DNA from: Tubulanus polymorphus
Taxonomy: Eukaryota > Animalia > Nemertea
DNA: 64,000 nt
NCBI RefSeq assembly: GCF_964204645.1
Contig: NC_134028.1
Location: 20,392,245-20,456,244 of the forward strand
Direction of reading: 5' to 3'
The position numbers and the translations under genes were made by a program. Below, piece after piece: positions 1 to 16,119 of the stretch (positions are counted from its first letter, which is position 1; the number at the start of each line of letters is the position of its first letter). The notes under the pieces are model-generated. The model did no database searches. It worked only from the letters and a program-made list of their open reading frames with translations, and was not told the origin of the DNA.

Positions 1-953
1 AAGTTGCGCAGAATTATGCAAACTTACAATTAACACGAGGATAATTTCGGTGAGACATTTTCAAGAGATTCAGATAGAGTATAAGTTTCTATCCGTAGGA
101 GTAGATGATGCCGCAGTTCAACCTACTCTATACGACATACACGTGTAGGTTGTGTTTGGTGTCGACCAAATCCTAATTAGCACTGCATCGATATCAATAT
201 CTGGTATCTGACCCTAAAATGAGGTAAAAATCTCGTATATCTCGTATATGTCTGGAATACAAAATCTAAAATTCTTAACTAAACTCTGAACATGGACTCA
301 ATGGTCCCTGCGAAACTCAAAACAAAACAAGTCTCATTTTCTTTCCCTGTAACGCCAAACCATGGATGGACCAATAAAGATGAAAGAATGGTGTCCCTTT
401 TTGTTGTTGAAAAGTATTTGCCACTTTCTACTTTTGGGGCGATGTCATATGGCTGTTTACTTTGGGGATGAAAAAAAAGAAAAGGCATGAAATTGTTGCT
501 TCTCAAGATGTTTTTATGGACACTTTAGCTTGAACACTCTTTACGTCTGCTTTTGTGTACAAACCGCTTTTTGACGGTATTCTAATTGACTTGGGTTATA
601 AATAAGACGTCAACGAACTTATGGCATGCTACGTCACGTATGGTATGGGTCTGCCAGACTATACGGATTCATAATTGCGGGAGGACATTGTTTGGACATC
701 GAAAGTTTTAAAAGGGGTATTTCCCCAAAGGGGGCTTCGTCCGAACTTCTCGGTCATTTGCACCCGGCGCGCTTAACAAAATTTTCGTACAGGCCTGTAG
801 CGGGACAGCAGACTCGACCCTTCATTCCTATGTCAGATAATGGTATTTATCTCGGGTATAAATCATTTTCAGGTTTCTACGGGTATTAGTTTTCAAGCTC
901 ACAGTGGGCTGTTCCGTTGGTGGATGGTTATTTGAAAGCTGCGAACCTTTGAT

Positions 954-1087
954 GCGTGATCTTCAACATTGTCGAAAACTGATTGACGGATTTCGCGATA
1001 TGGTTAGTACGGTATATAAGTGGCGTGATCTTCCACATTGTCGAATTAAGATTGACGGACTTCGCGATATGGTTAGTACAGTAAGTG
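954..1087. repeat. 69-bp tandem duplication (2 copies)
   Basis: gcgtgatcttc(a/c)acattgtcgaa...gattgacgga(t/c)ttcgcgatatggttagtac occurs at 954 and again at 1023. Confidence 0.85.
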
Positions 1088-1479
1088 ACGTATTTAAATC
1101 CTAAAATGAAAACGATAAGACTATTATTTCATCATATCCATGTGGAAGCTCAACATAAGCTTCATGATGACGAGAAAAGAGCTCTCTGGAATGACAGATA
1201 CAAAGCTAACCAGAAACTGTGAACGGATGTGTGAATTTACGACACCAATGCATTCAGTACAATTTGCACAATGAATGTCATGTGAATACATTTTCAGAGA
1301 GTTGTTGTGAAGAGTCATGATACAGAAAACAAATTGAATAAGAAAAGGGAAAAGCTGTTATTGGTAAAGCTGAAACAATAATTGAGTTCGTAAACAAGAA
1401 GATGTAATAACCAAATCAACATGAAAATGATAAAACGCTCTGATTTGATTAAGTAGCTACAATTTCCATTTATTTTCAG

Positions 1480-1819
1480 CTAGCTACGATTCACTGTGGT
1501 ATTGTTTATCGGTGGGATTTTGCATCATAGGTTTGTTAATCTACCGTACTGCACGGGCAACTGAAGGAAATGAAAATCTGGAAAAAAATAACAGCCAACT
1601 GCTCCATGCGTCTGGACAAACGAAGAAAGAGAAGACGCCGATGGTTGAGAAAAATCCCGAACGCACAATTCGACAAGATGTTAAGGAAACGGGTACTTAT
1701 TTGCATATAAAGGTCTAGTTTTAATCTTACGATGTCGGGATTAACAACATTTCATTGCTCATGTTTATTTAGGTAATGGAGAGAATGACAGCATCCCGGT
1801 GATGTTCCTTAAAGCATAA
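1480..1819 (+). pseudogene. Possible gene fragment (single-pass membrane segment plus hydrophilic tail), unidentified
   Basis: tattttcag acceptor at 1479; open phase-1 exon 1480-1692 (SYDSLWYCLSVGFCIIGLLIYRTAR...KETG); 80-nt GT-AG intron 1693-1772; short exon ending TAA at 1817-1819. No phase-compatible upstream exon or recognisable family found. Confidence 0.25.
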
Positions 1820-2611
1820 ATCATTCGGTATAATTGTGATTCCAGGAGAATTGTACTTAGTGCTGAGTATGTGCTCTGCTACTGAAATGTGTTCCCCGAT
1901 TGAGAACATAAAGCAACTGGTCTACGTGGTGAAAATGTACACAGACAAGATCAAATAGCGTGGCAGTGAATCTTTGAGCTTTCTCGGTCCGCAGTAGACC
2001 ACATCAGAGGTGGATCCAAGGGAGGTTTGGGGGATTCCCAGTGTTTTCAATAAGAGCTAGGTCTCACGTCCCAGACCCGTCTGTCGTTTGTAAACGACCC
2101 GCCTGTTTTTTTCCAACCCGCTTTCCTTTCAAAGACTGTGACATGGGAACCTCCTGTTTTTCAAAGGGACTTGTAAATTTTTTGTTGAAAACCCTGCTCC
2201 ATGTTCGAATTTCTGATTGTGATATCGATCGTATCAATGATGAAACTAATCACAATTCAAATCTCACTGTATCGATTGCTGTTTTGGAGTCTGCCAGAAA
2301 TTACTGTAGGTGGTGCATTAATTTTTATGAATGATTGCTAAACATTCTCAATTTCAAATTCAGTTTTTGATACAGGAGAATGTATTTTTCATTGAAATAC
2401 AGAAGAAACCGCTTGACTCGCATCTGCTAAAATTGCCGGTTCCGCCCCTTCACGTTCATGTTTGCAATTAAAATGGATAAGCTTTGAAAGATAGTACTGA
2501 AATCGGTCTGTATAAATTCTTCAGAAACATTATTTTTATATGTATTCTTTCAGGCCCATGCTAAGAGGAAGTTTTCGGTGTAATGAACGAACCCCCTATA
2601 ATTATCAGTTT

Positions 2612-3012
2612 AAAAAGTCAGACCCAGACGTGGGGATGCTGGTGGAATGACGAAGCTATATACGATGTGTGTAGGGCCGGCGTGAATTTCATCAGCGGCT
2701 ACAAGCGGTCAATATGAAAATTTGTAAACATATAATTTCAATATTCAAATGTTTTAGAAAAAATGTTCGATATTAGAAGTATGCAGGTTTCATGAGATTA
2801 GCAATTTATGATAGCATCTGTTGTTATACGGCTCCGCGTTCTCTGATGGCAAGTGTATAGGTGAAAATTCAATTCAATTCTTTATTGATTTTTATTACAT
2901 TGAAATTCCGGGATAAAATTCCCAAATTCAATAAATACAAATTTTAAAATAAGAAAATACAACATACAAGACACACGGGTAATTCATACAGAATAACAAA
3001 AACAAGTTATTT
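2612..3012 (+). repeat. ~400-bp local duplication, copy 1 (copy 2 at ~5467-5915)
   Basis: aaaagtcagacccagacgtggggatgctggtgga...gcggctacaagcggtcaatat...aaacaagttattt aligns by eye with 5467-5915. Contains a minus-strand AATAAA(GAATT)n LINE-like tail at ~2866-2890. Confidence 0.8.
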
Positions 3013-3431
3013 TAAATGACAATGTCTACTTCAACCCAGACTCAAGACTAGGATATCGAGTGACAGCCAAACCCGTGTGGCCCGGGGACCGGACCGGCTG
3101 GCTAGGCCACACGATATGCTCGAAGTCATGATGAAGCAGACATCAGAAGAACTCTTTCCTCAACCATGGAGGCAATGAAGTTGATGACCACCTTAGAGGC
3201 AAAAGTAAATGAAGTCGGTCGCAAGTTATCAATTATTGACAATTTTCGATAAAAAAAATTAAACCACTACTGGAGTCGAAGACCTGTATCATCTACCCAA
3301 TCGCCAAAACTCATAATTCCCCAAATTTTTTAATACTTCGATTTCAAATTCGCAATTCCACATTAGCTTATCCGAGAAATTCTACATTTTTTTCGCAGGC
3401 GTCAAATAATTTATTAAAATTAATTTGCTTG

Positions 3432-5096
3432 TTTATATTGACGCTATCTGTATCTGTTTACTGGAAACTAGCGCACTTTATGGATGGAGGGTAATACATA
3501 ATACATAGACTTTCGGGAGGCGAATATTATATTTATATGATATATATAATATCTAGTTCGGTGACGATTTAGATTATTCCGAGTTTGAAATATTTCAATT
3601 GACAGATGCATAAGTGACATCCAGGCCGTCCCAATACTACATCTAGCATATACTCAGCGTTTAACGGTTTCCAACAAATGATTAATGAAAATCAATCTTT
3701 AACGCTCTCAAACATCTCACAGAAATCTATACAAATACGTGTCAAATTCACATTTAATTTCTTGCGATATATCAATCGAACAACGCTACACATCACTATT
3801 GAGATACAAGACAAGTTTATGAATAAATGAATCAGAACTCAATACTCGTTCGATATATAGAATATCATCCACAACCTTATGGCCGCCATGACCTTAATCG
3901 AGAAAACGAAATGCCACAATATCAATTCAGCAAGGTACTCTTTAAGTACCTTTACGGTATTTCATTTTTTTGCGTAACAATTTTTAAAAAGAACATCGCC
4001 GCCCAAACTGTCTCAGAATTGCCTCTCAGTTGATACAGACTTTATGGGGTTATATATGGTAATATGAGTATAGTTTTGAGGGTACGGTATTATTAGGACG
4101 TTACAGACGCACGGCAAGACAGGCAAACGGACTGGATGTGTGGTTGCCACATTCTACCCAGCTTAGTATGGAACCAATAAATCAATAGGGAAAAGAATGT
4201 TGCAGTCGTCAAGAGATGATACCTAGATTCGTGTATGTCATTCTCGACGTCATAGTTTTCATCGCGGTCTCGTTATTTAAGTATATCCACATTTCTGCCG
4301 GTCTGCGCTGACGTTGCATTGCGGTGCAGTTCAGAATACAGTGCAGTGCGATTCAACGCCTAGTGGTTTGGGATACGGTGTGTCACCGTGTGGTGCAGTG
4401 CGGTGCGGTTCGGGGTACGGTGTGTTACGGTGTTGTGCAGTTCGGCGTACCGTGTGGGGCGGTACATTTCGGTGCGGTTCGGGGTGATGCAGTGCAGTGT
4501 GGTGCAGTGCGACGCGGTTCGGGGCGGTCGTGTATGACTAGTAGCTAGTCAACATTCTCCTAACAATTAACCTAATCAAATCAAAACGGCCACTTATCAA
4601 CCTTGTGCGTCACGCAGCGCTACACGTCACGCTCGCGACTTCAATATCAACACCCTCTAGCGACACCTAAAGGTAGCAAATCAGCAGCCCAAGGTGCCCG
4701 AGTCGAGAATCTGACGCCTGGCTTCCTTCAATACGGCAAAGAGCAACTAAAATCGGAAACAACGCTGGGCTGAAGTTGATGAATGAAAAAATATTGAAAT
4801 GTTTGGTATCTTGGTAGAATATCCGCACTCTGACGGGGAGAAAAGAAAATAAGTTTAAAAACTCAATTTCAAGGATTCAAATCGAATTCTTTTTATCAAG
4901 AATTAGAATAGAAATACACCACGTTTCGAACTTTCAGTATAAAAGATCATCGTCAGGGTGTCACTAGATCTCGGCAGGTGTCACACCTGACGATCGTAAC
5001 ATCGTGCATTTTGATTTTAATTCTTAATAAATAATATTCGATATTAAGCTTTCAAATCCTGTATATAGTGGATTTTAAACTTATTTCGCTTCGAAT
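3432..5096 (+). repeat. ~1.7-kb composite duplicated segment, copy A (copy B at ~18281-20085)
   Basis: Collinear similarity from tattgacgctatctgtatctgtttactggaaacta to ttttaaacttatttcgcttcgaat. Includes a CGGTG/GCAGT pentamer-derived array (~4310-4530) and a ~240-bp terminal inverted repeat. Confidence 0.85.
4847..5086. mobile_element. Inverted pair of Penelope-like element ends with degenerate minimal hammerhead cores
   Basis: Arms begin aaataagtttaaaa and end ttttaaacttattt. Each arm carries CTGACGA followed by a GAAAC-like motif (plus arm CTGACGA at 4987, GAAA degenerated to GTAA; minus arm read from TCGTCAG at 4950-4956) and then an A/T-rich tail. Confidence 0.5.
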
Positions 5097-5097
5097 T

Positions 5098-5373
5098 TAC
5101 AGTCAAAGCTCGTAATACCGCCATCCATGATACCGCCAAATTCACCTATCGCCAAGAATTTCCTTGTGCACAGTTCATTTGGTAGCTAACGTATGTACAT
5201 AGCTCTCGTTATACTTCCTCTCACTCTCTGCAATAACGCCAATGCAACGTAGTCCTATTCAAACCCATAGAAGAAACATTCGTCATACCGCCAACGATCT
5301 TTCCTCAACGACGTTTCCAGTCTTTCGGTTAAGAATCGATACATGTGATTGGCAGTATCACACGTGTACTGTA
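5098..5373. mobile_element. Tc1/mariner (pogo/Tigger-like) MITE
   Basis: TA-CAGTCAAAGCTCGTAATACCGCC at the left end; degenerate reverse complement GGCAGTATCACACGTGTACTG-TA at the right end; TA flanks. Confidence 0.5.
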
Positions 5374-5466
5374 TCATTTTTTGACTCCATATAAAACGTT
5401 ACCAGTAAAAGTAAATCGGATTGTTCGGTCAAAATGGTGGATGTATGTACGCGATGCGTCTGATAT

Positions 5467-5915
5467 AAAAGTAAGACCCTGACATGGGGATGTTGGTGGA
5501 TTGACGAAGCTATCTACATCTGTGTAGGGCCGGTGTGAATCTTATCGGCGGCTACAAGCGGTCAATATTAAAATGTGTAAACATATGATTTCAATATTCA
5601 AATGTTTTAGAAAATATGTGGTCGGTATTAGGGGTATGCAGGTTTTATAAGATTTATATCGATTAGCAATTTATAATACCATCGCTGTCGTATACGGCTC
5701 CGCGTCCCCTGATGGCATGCGTATCAGGTGATAATTCAATTTAATTCTTTATTGATCCTCATGTTCAACGTTACATATAAAATTCCCAAATTTGATAAAG
5801 TAACAAATTTCAAAATAAGAAAATACAATTTACAAAACACAAGTTACAATTTTCAAAATAAAAAAAAACAACATACAAAACACATGCGTAATTCAGAGTA
5901 ACATAAACAAGTTAT
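5467..5915 (+). repeat. ~400-450 bp local duplication, copy 2 of 2612-3012
   Basis: Collinear similarity with 2612-3012. Confidence 0.8.
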
Positions 5916-6068
5916 TTCACTAATTGACAAACCAGGCAAACAAATTCACTGATTTGGGGATTTATTTTTCATTTTGTTCTGAAGGCACTATCCAGAGCCA
6001 TTGAAGGTTTGAAATTGTCATATTTTCCAACAGATCGGGAACCGAATTGATACTTTGAATCTTGCCGG

Positions 6069-6402
6069 GGACACTGACCTCCGCACTGTGGAATACCCTC
6101 TCTCTCAGAACAATGGATTTCATATAACCGAAATTCCGTCACCTATCCCTAGCTGATGACACCGTTTATGGGACTTTTTCCAATTAGTTGGAGGTCCTGC
6201 CCTAATCTTGAAAAAATGAGATACTGACCTAATTGGACACTGACTCCGGCTTTGCACTATGGAATACCCTCTCTCTCTCAGGACAATGGATATCATATAA
6301 ATTCCGTCACCTTCCCTTGCAGATGACATCGTTTATGGGACTTTTTTCAATTAGTTAGAGGTCCTGCCCTAATCTTAAAAAAAACGAGATACTGACCTAA
6401 TT
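6069..6402. repeat. ~167-bp tandem duplication (2 copies)
   Basis: ggacactgac...tggaataccctctctctc...gaggtcctgccctaatctt...gagatactgacctaatt at 6069-6234 and 6235-6402. Confidence 0.9.
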
Positions 6403-6796
6403 GTGCCTATTTGCCGATGCCATCGGCTAATGACTCATGGTGAATTTAACAGATGGAAATCGAGTTGATTTATTCACAGGGAAGCGAGTTAAAGTGTTCA
6501 CAGGGAAGCGAGATTGTCAGTCGGTTTCTGTCGATTGTTATTACGACTGCAATATTTACTATCTCCGCAGTTAGACAACTTTGCTTTGTGAAATTTTACA
6601 CGAAATCGCTACAAGTTAGTAGATTAAATAGTTGTAGTGTTGTCGTTCGATTTGTATTCAACATTTTCTGGTGTAAAAAAGAGAGACAAGAGTTATGAAC
6701 AAATCAACACCTAAATTTAATTAATTTGATTCGAAAAGTCCAATTTAAATTTAGTTCTTTCTGTTTGACATGTTTTATTAGCAATTAGGCCTAATT

Positions 6797-10618
<3,822 letters not shown>

Positions 10619-10743
10619 TTCGTAATTAAAATGTTAAAGAAAAGTATAAATTATCATTGATTATTTGTGTTTTTGTCTAGTTTTGAGGATCGCTGAGGAC
10701 TCTTTCAACATTTGTACCCAGAGGGACTTGTACGCCTAGTGCC

Positions 10744-11040
10744 CTTTTAGACCACTTAAGTCCCAGCGGGTATGGTGTTCACTTTTCCTCCGTGCATTTG
10801 TCCGTAGACGTAATCCAGATATATTGGGAAGTGTTAAGGAGGATTGTCTTTATACGTACATTTTGGTTTATACGTTTCTACCTTAAACACACTTGCAGCC
10901 CAAAAACTGGACCAGTCGGAATCCAGATAGCCAACTGGCAGCCATGGTTGTTCGCCGAAATCAGTTCTTCGAGACATCGTTAAATTACATGGGAAATCTG
11001 AAGTCGCTTCAATCTTTCGTTTGTTTGTTACCCCATGGTC
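10744..11040 (+). mobile_element. Diverged, truncated 5' portion of the same HINE-like family as 8305-9497
   Basis: ttttagaccacttaagtcccagcgggtatggtgttcacttttc...gtagacgtaatccag...ccaaaaactgg...tggcagccat...aaatcag matches 8305-8520. Confidence 0.65.
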
Positions 11041-11317
11041 AATGAACAGAAAAATTGATCGAACCCTCGACCTTGACGATCATTCAAGGCATTGGATAAT
11101 TGATAGTTCGCATTTAAGATTTCTAACAATCCTATAAGATTATGAACTGTTCACATTTTATTTGAAACCATACCAGAATTTGGATGTACCACACTCTGCA
11201 TATTAGATCGGAAGGCAATTAATAACATCTAAACTTTCTTAAGATTCTCATAATGAATTCATCATTTGTTACTTATTTAATCATTTTCATCAAACGGGAC
11301 GACTGTCGATCTATTAA

Positions 11318-12339
11318 AGGGGAACTGCAGTCAAAATTATAATTGGCCATTCATTTCTACTCTTGTTGTTGTTTAGCATAATGCTAGTTGAAATTTCCAA
11401 TTCTTCCTTATTAACTTGTATACAACGATTTTGATACTGTTATCAGCAGAATTTACGGCAGATGAGAGCCACCATATTTTAATCAGCGAACAAACCCCCT
11501 GAAATTTTGCTTTCAGAAATTCAGTTCGAAATATTCGGGCCTTGGTTTTCGAAATTTAGATACAATTTTCATGATTTTTGGTTTACCTTTGTCAGCGATA
11601 TGAAGTTGGCATTGAGCTTATTCATGTAAAATGGCGGTACGTTTTTCTATGTGAGCATTTGTTTCATTGGTTCGGCACGAATAATCGATGCGATTGAAGA
11701 CATGGCGAACCTCCGTCGATGACATGGTCAACATTGTTAAAATTCTACGAAAAATTGTTTTTGGCGGGAAATCCTTAGCTCTCGCGTGTAAAATTGCAAT
11801 TAACTCGATGGGGGGGGGGGGCGTTGTCTCTACGAACGAATGTGATTGGCTGTTTTTGGGATATGCGGGGAATTCCGGCGCTGGGAAAGCCATAGAATGG
11901 CGAACGTTTCAATGGACTGATACTGTAACGCTGCTTGCTGGCGCGTTTGACATTTCATCAGCAGAACATGAGCGCTGTTTTCTGTTTGATAGAATTTGTA
12001 ATAAATTGTAATTTCTTGTGACCAGAAAATACTAAGCAGCAAACTATAGGTATAGGTCGAGGTCTGAATATTGTAGTGGTAAATTCCAGGATTTAAAACG
12101 ATATAATATGCCGATTTCTTACTGCACCGGCATTTTAGCTTCCGCGGCCATACGTTCAGCCACCCTCTGATATGTGACATCATATGAATTTTATTTGAAT
12201 ATTTTTTCATATTATGAAAAATATCTCTTTGAATATATAAAATAGTTTCCATGCCGCGCCTACCTATACCCTACGAAATTTTGGATGTGGACCGTAAACA
12301 AATTTATATCTTTTGTCTTATTTGACTACAAAATAATCC
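11318..12339. mobile_element. Kolobok-like non-autonomous DNA transposon (~1 kb) with TTAA target duplication
   Basis: TTAA|AGGGGAACTGCAGTCAAAAT at the left and ATTTGACTACAAATAATCCT|TTAA at the right: imperfect TIRs with AG termini; non-coding interior. Confidence 0.55.
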
Positions 12340-13912
12340 TTTAAGAAAGATAAAATATAACATTTAAACTTGTAGAACTTTGAAATCACGAATTAAAAAG
12401 ATTTTTCAAGCAATGCCCTTACCCCAAACAACCTCTAGCTTTCAAGGTAGACCACATTTTGCCCATGGGCAATTAATTGGAAAATGAAAAGTGAATTCTC
12501 AAATGATATATTCAGATATTTCTTCATATTTCTAAATGAAATGATGCTTAAGTTTATGTTATCGAAAAACAGATCTAAGAGCTAAAATCTATTAGCTAAG
12601 ATCTGTCCTTTTTCAATAGAAAAGTGCCCCTTTTCACGGCGAAAAGGTGCCTTTTCTTAAAAAAAGCTCGGGTTGGGCAGGGCTTTTTAGGAATAAATCT
12701 GTTAACATAGTTTTGCCCTTTGTGTCTGGTGATATGGGGTGGCTACAATACATGTATAAACATTTCAAACGTCAGATAAGATAAGATAACAATGTTGATA
12801 CAGTTGCAAACGATTTTTCTATTAGATAGGTACACCATTAAATTTTGAAAATAACTTCCTTGATCAGATGCATATAACAGCAGATGACAGTAGGTGCCAT
12901 TTTAACTGTATTAAAGGATTCTTGGGGGATATCACTAGAATTTTTCTCCCGTGCCTTATATTGCATCCAACATATCCAGATTTGAGAGATCGTTACTCGC
13001 TCAAATCAGGAACGGAACCCTGGTGATCTAAAAGATCGAAATTGGATGATATCTCAATATAAGGCTCGAGAATAGAATATCATTTTCGTAGCGAAAACGA
13101 GGTAGAAAGTGAATTTCATTTTCCATGGAATGTCCTCAATTTGAAACCGATCTGTTTTACTGAGTAAAGGAAAAGATATTATTGACCCTCCTTTTAAAAA
13201 CCTTGACAAACTGTTTCAATTCATGCGAATCATGTAGTCGTCAAATTTTACTTTCCAACTTTTAGCGTGGTTAAAATCACCTTAATATATCCAATTTTGT
13301 AACTAAAGATTCTCCATAAACATTATTTTCATATGTATTCGTGGCGTTAGTAATAATTTCATATAAAGTGAGTTATAGGTCCGAATAAGGGCTGGGTACT
13401 GTGTCTATATCTGCTATTGTATATATCACTATTTTAGATTAATCGTTATCGGTGGAATGAATTTTCGGGCTTTCACAAGTTTCGGCATTTCCTGTGCAAG
13501 CAACTGCTGCTGCCAGTGGTAAATCTGTCGGTTTATAGGTTTATGTGTTATTCATAATTATATGTAAACGTACATTTCAATTACTATATAACAACGAAAT
13601 ACCGTTGAAATAATAGCTTTTGAAATAGATAAAATAGACAATAAACTATGACATTGCTTCAAACAAACTTTATATTGTGTGTATGGTCGGACATTGTGTA
13701 TTTCAGTTTCTGGTTTTTAGGTTTGAGACGTTGGATCCAATCTACACCGACGCGGATCGACCAGCGGCCAACTCGTCCACGTGAATTTTACTTAATAATA
13801 CTAGTAACAATAGTCGTATGTAGTTTATAAAAGTTTTCCATGTGGAAAAAGCTCAAATGCGCTCCTCCGGATAATGGTTGAATGCGGGATACCGGCAAGC
13901 CTACTGGGGAAA

Positions 13913-14150
13913 GCGGGGATTCAGCGATAATCCGCCAGGATCGCTAGTGGCACTGGGTTACCACGCTTCAATTTCTTCTACATTTCGATTAAATTCGAGT
14001 CAACTTTTCCGATTAGTCAATCAATTTTAGGTGAAATCAATACCATACACAGAGAGATGGGAAATTTTATATATCTATTCGATGACTCGCTTCCGGATTT
14101 GGAAGCCTAAACACAATGTTTCATTGAAAGTGAACTGATTTTCACTACGA
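13913..14150 (+). repeat. Dispersed ~240-bp repeat (second copy ~46772-47020)
   Basis: gcggggattcagcgataatccgccaggatcgctagtggcactgggttaccacgc...ttcattgaaagtgaa matches gcgaggattcggcgttaatccgcaaggatcgctagtggcactaggttaccacgc...ttcattgaaaatgaa. Confidence 0.8.
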
Positions 14151-15379
14151 ATAACTCAGTGTTTTTTGCGCCACCTGGTGTTGTCGGTATCCCATCAACT
14201 CGCCCCTATCGATCGGATACCATTTGAGCCATTCATGTTAAATTCAGTCGAAAAAAGTAAATTCTTAGAAAATCGTAAAATGTGTTAAAACGAAAGTCGA
14301 ATGCAATATGCGCCCTGTAAATTTTTGTTGCCATCGTTGCATCTGTTGAAAGGCATTGATCCAGCAGCAAAGGTACGGGAATCAAAAGTGGCCACTGATA
14401 CAGAGTCCTAGCTCGCAAATAAAGACTACGATTATTAGTAAGAAAATGCGACTTTATTGCAGTACTCAAGGCGAGAGCTGAGTAAGTAACCACGGCTTGC
14501 CGAAGAAGAAAGAGAGAAAGAGAGTCAGAAAATAGAATACATGTGCTTAGATAGCTACTGATAAGACACTGGCCAGTTCGGCACTGATAAAAGGTCAAAT
14601 ACCTCAAATGGACTGACCAGTGTTCTGTTGAAAATATCGAAATATTAGATAAGTAACTAAACATATATTCATAATAATAATGATAGTAATCCTAATGACA
14701 ATTATTACATACTTCCTCTGTATCACCACTGTTTATTGTTACGAATATTTTAAAAGTGCCTCTTTTGGCAAGTAAGTGATCCTCACAGTCGATAAAACTT
14801 GCCACCTGACCATGCATGCATATATGACTTTATGATAATCGTATCAATTTTGATGTGGTTAAGTTCAATGATAACTTTTAAATTTTAGGAAAATCTTTTG
14901 TTGAATGGTGAAACTGTGTTGTTTAATCATTCCGTAAAAGTGTTCAATTACTTGAAATTATGTTATATTGTTATTGTTATTGTTGATTATTGGAGACAAA
15001 TATCATAAATCTAACGTCCTAAGAATTATAAATGAGACGCTGTTTAAGTTACTTATCAAAACAAAATCATATTCAAGATCGGTTATTTTTTCAGTAGAAA
15101 AGTGCCCCTTTCATTGCGGTGAAATTGTGCCAGCTAAAAAGCTCGCCTCGGGGATGCTAGGCCCAGGCTGAGGAGATTGCAGAGTCAGCTGATGAAGCAT
15201 CAGGCTGCAGACTTACAAATCCCTCCTATCTTTCAAGCCTATAATAGAGAAGACATGTACATCCGGAGGATATAGAAATAAGGAACAGTTGGCATGGGTT
15301 AAACGTGGTATCTACATTACTGTTCAAATAATGAATTATCTGATATATAATGTAAATATCAGATATGAATATCGTGTTG

Positions 15380-15386
15380 TATAAAT
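15380..15386 (+). promoter_or_regulatory. Candidate TATA box of the Cys-rich peptide gene
   Basis: TATAAAT 54 nt upstream of ATG 15434. Confidence 0.5.
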
Positions 15387-15433
15387 CAACATATTGAAAC
15401 GATACTTCATTAACGGTACATAGAGATTATAGA

Positions 15434-16119
15434 ATGAAATATCTTCTTATATTTGGTAAGTTTGATCCAGCAATTAAAATGCTAAGAGCTCTAGTATACA
15501 GATCTCGTACGTATCAACGAGCTTCCACTGTATGAAGCAACCCCAAATTCTCAGTTTTTACCAGTTTCAGAAAATTTTCTCTCACCTAAAATTTCAAAAG
15601 TTTTCGAAGTCGTTTTTTGTATGTTTGAGAAGTGCATCTCAGATTTTTGATTGCCTCGTGTGAAGCAAATCTACCCATGATATATACATTATAAGTCGCA
15701 ATCTCAGTAGCAGTAACCTAACTTTTGAAATGTTTCACGTTCGTTCGTCTACCGCCAACGGTGATTAGGTTATCTTTACTAATACTGGTTATCCTTACTA
15801 CGGGTTATCCTTACTACGGGTTATCGTTAAGAAGCTATCGTCGAATATGCATCCCTACCCCACAGTAATATAGCCTAGAGTCTAATCAAGAATAAACGGT
15901 CATTATTTTGTAGGTTATACGTTAATATTGGTCGGTGTAATAGTCCAAGGAACGCCTACAATTCCTCCTCAATGTTTCCTATGTAATAATCACCCGGAAG
16001 ATCAGGAATGTTTACAAAAATGTATCGTAGCTGTGAAATGCATGAAACAATGCTACCAGTTCGTACCGGATGAGGCTCAAACTATAGACTGTTACAACCG
16101 ATGTAATCAACGTATTTAA
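15434..16119 (+). CDS. Small secreted cysteine-rich peptide precursor (75 aa: ~20-aa signal peptide + 55-aa, 8-Cys mature peptide); toxin/defence/pheromone-like
   Basis: Exon 1 15434-15455 (MKYLLIF, G|GTAAG); phase-1 intron ending ttttgtag at 15913; exon 2 15914-16119. Protein MKYLLIFGYTLILVGVIVQG-TPTIPPQCFLCNNHPEDQECLQKCIVAVKCMKQCYQFVPDEAQTIDCYNRCNQRI. Upstream TATA box; AATAAA at 16122-16127. Confidence 0.82.
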
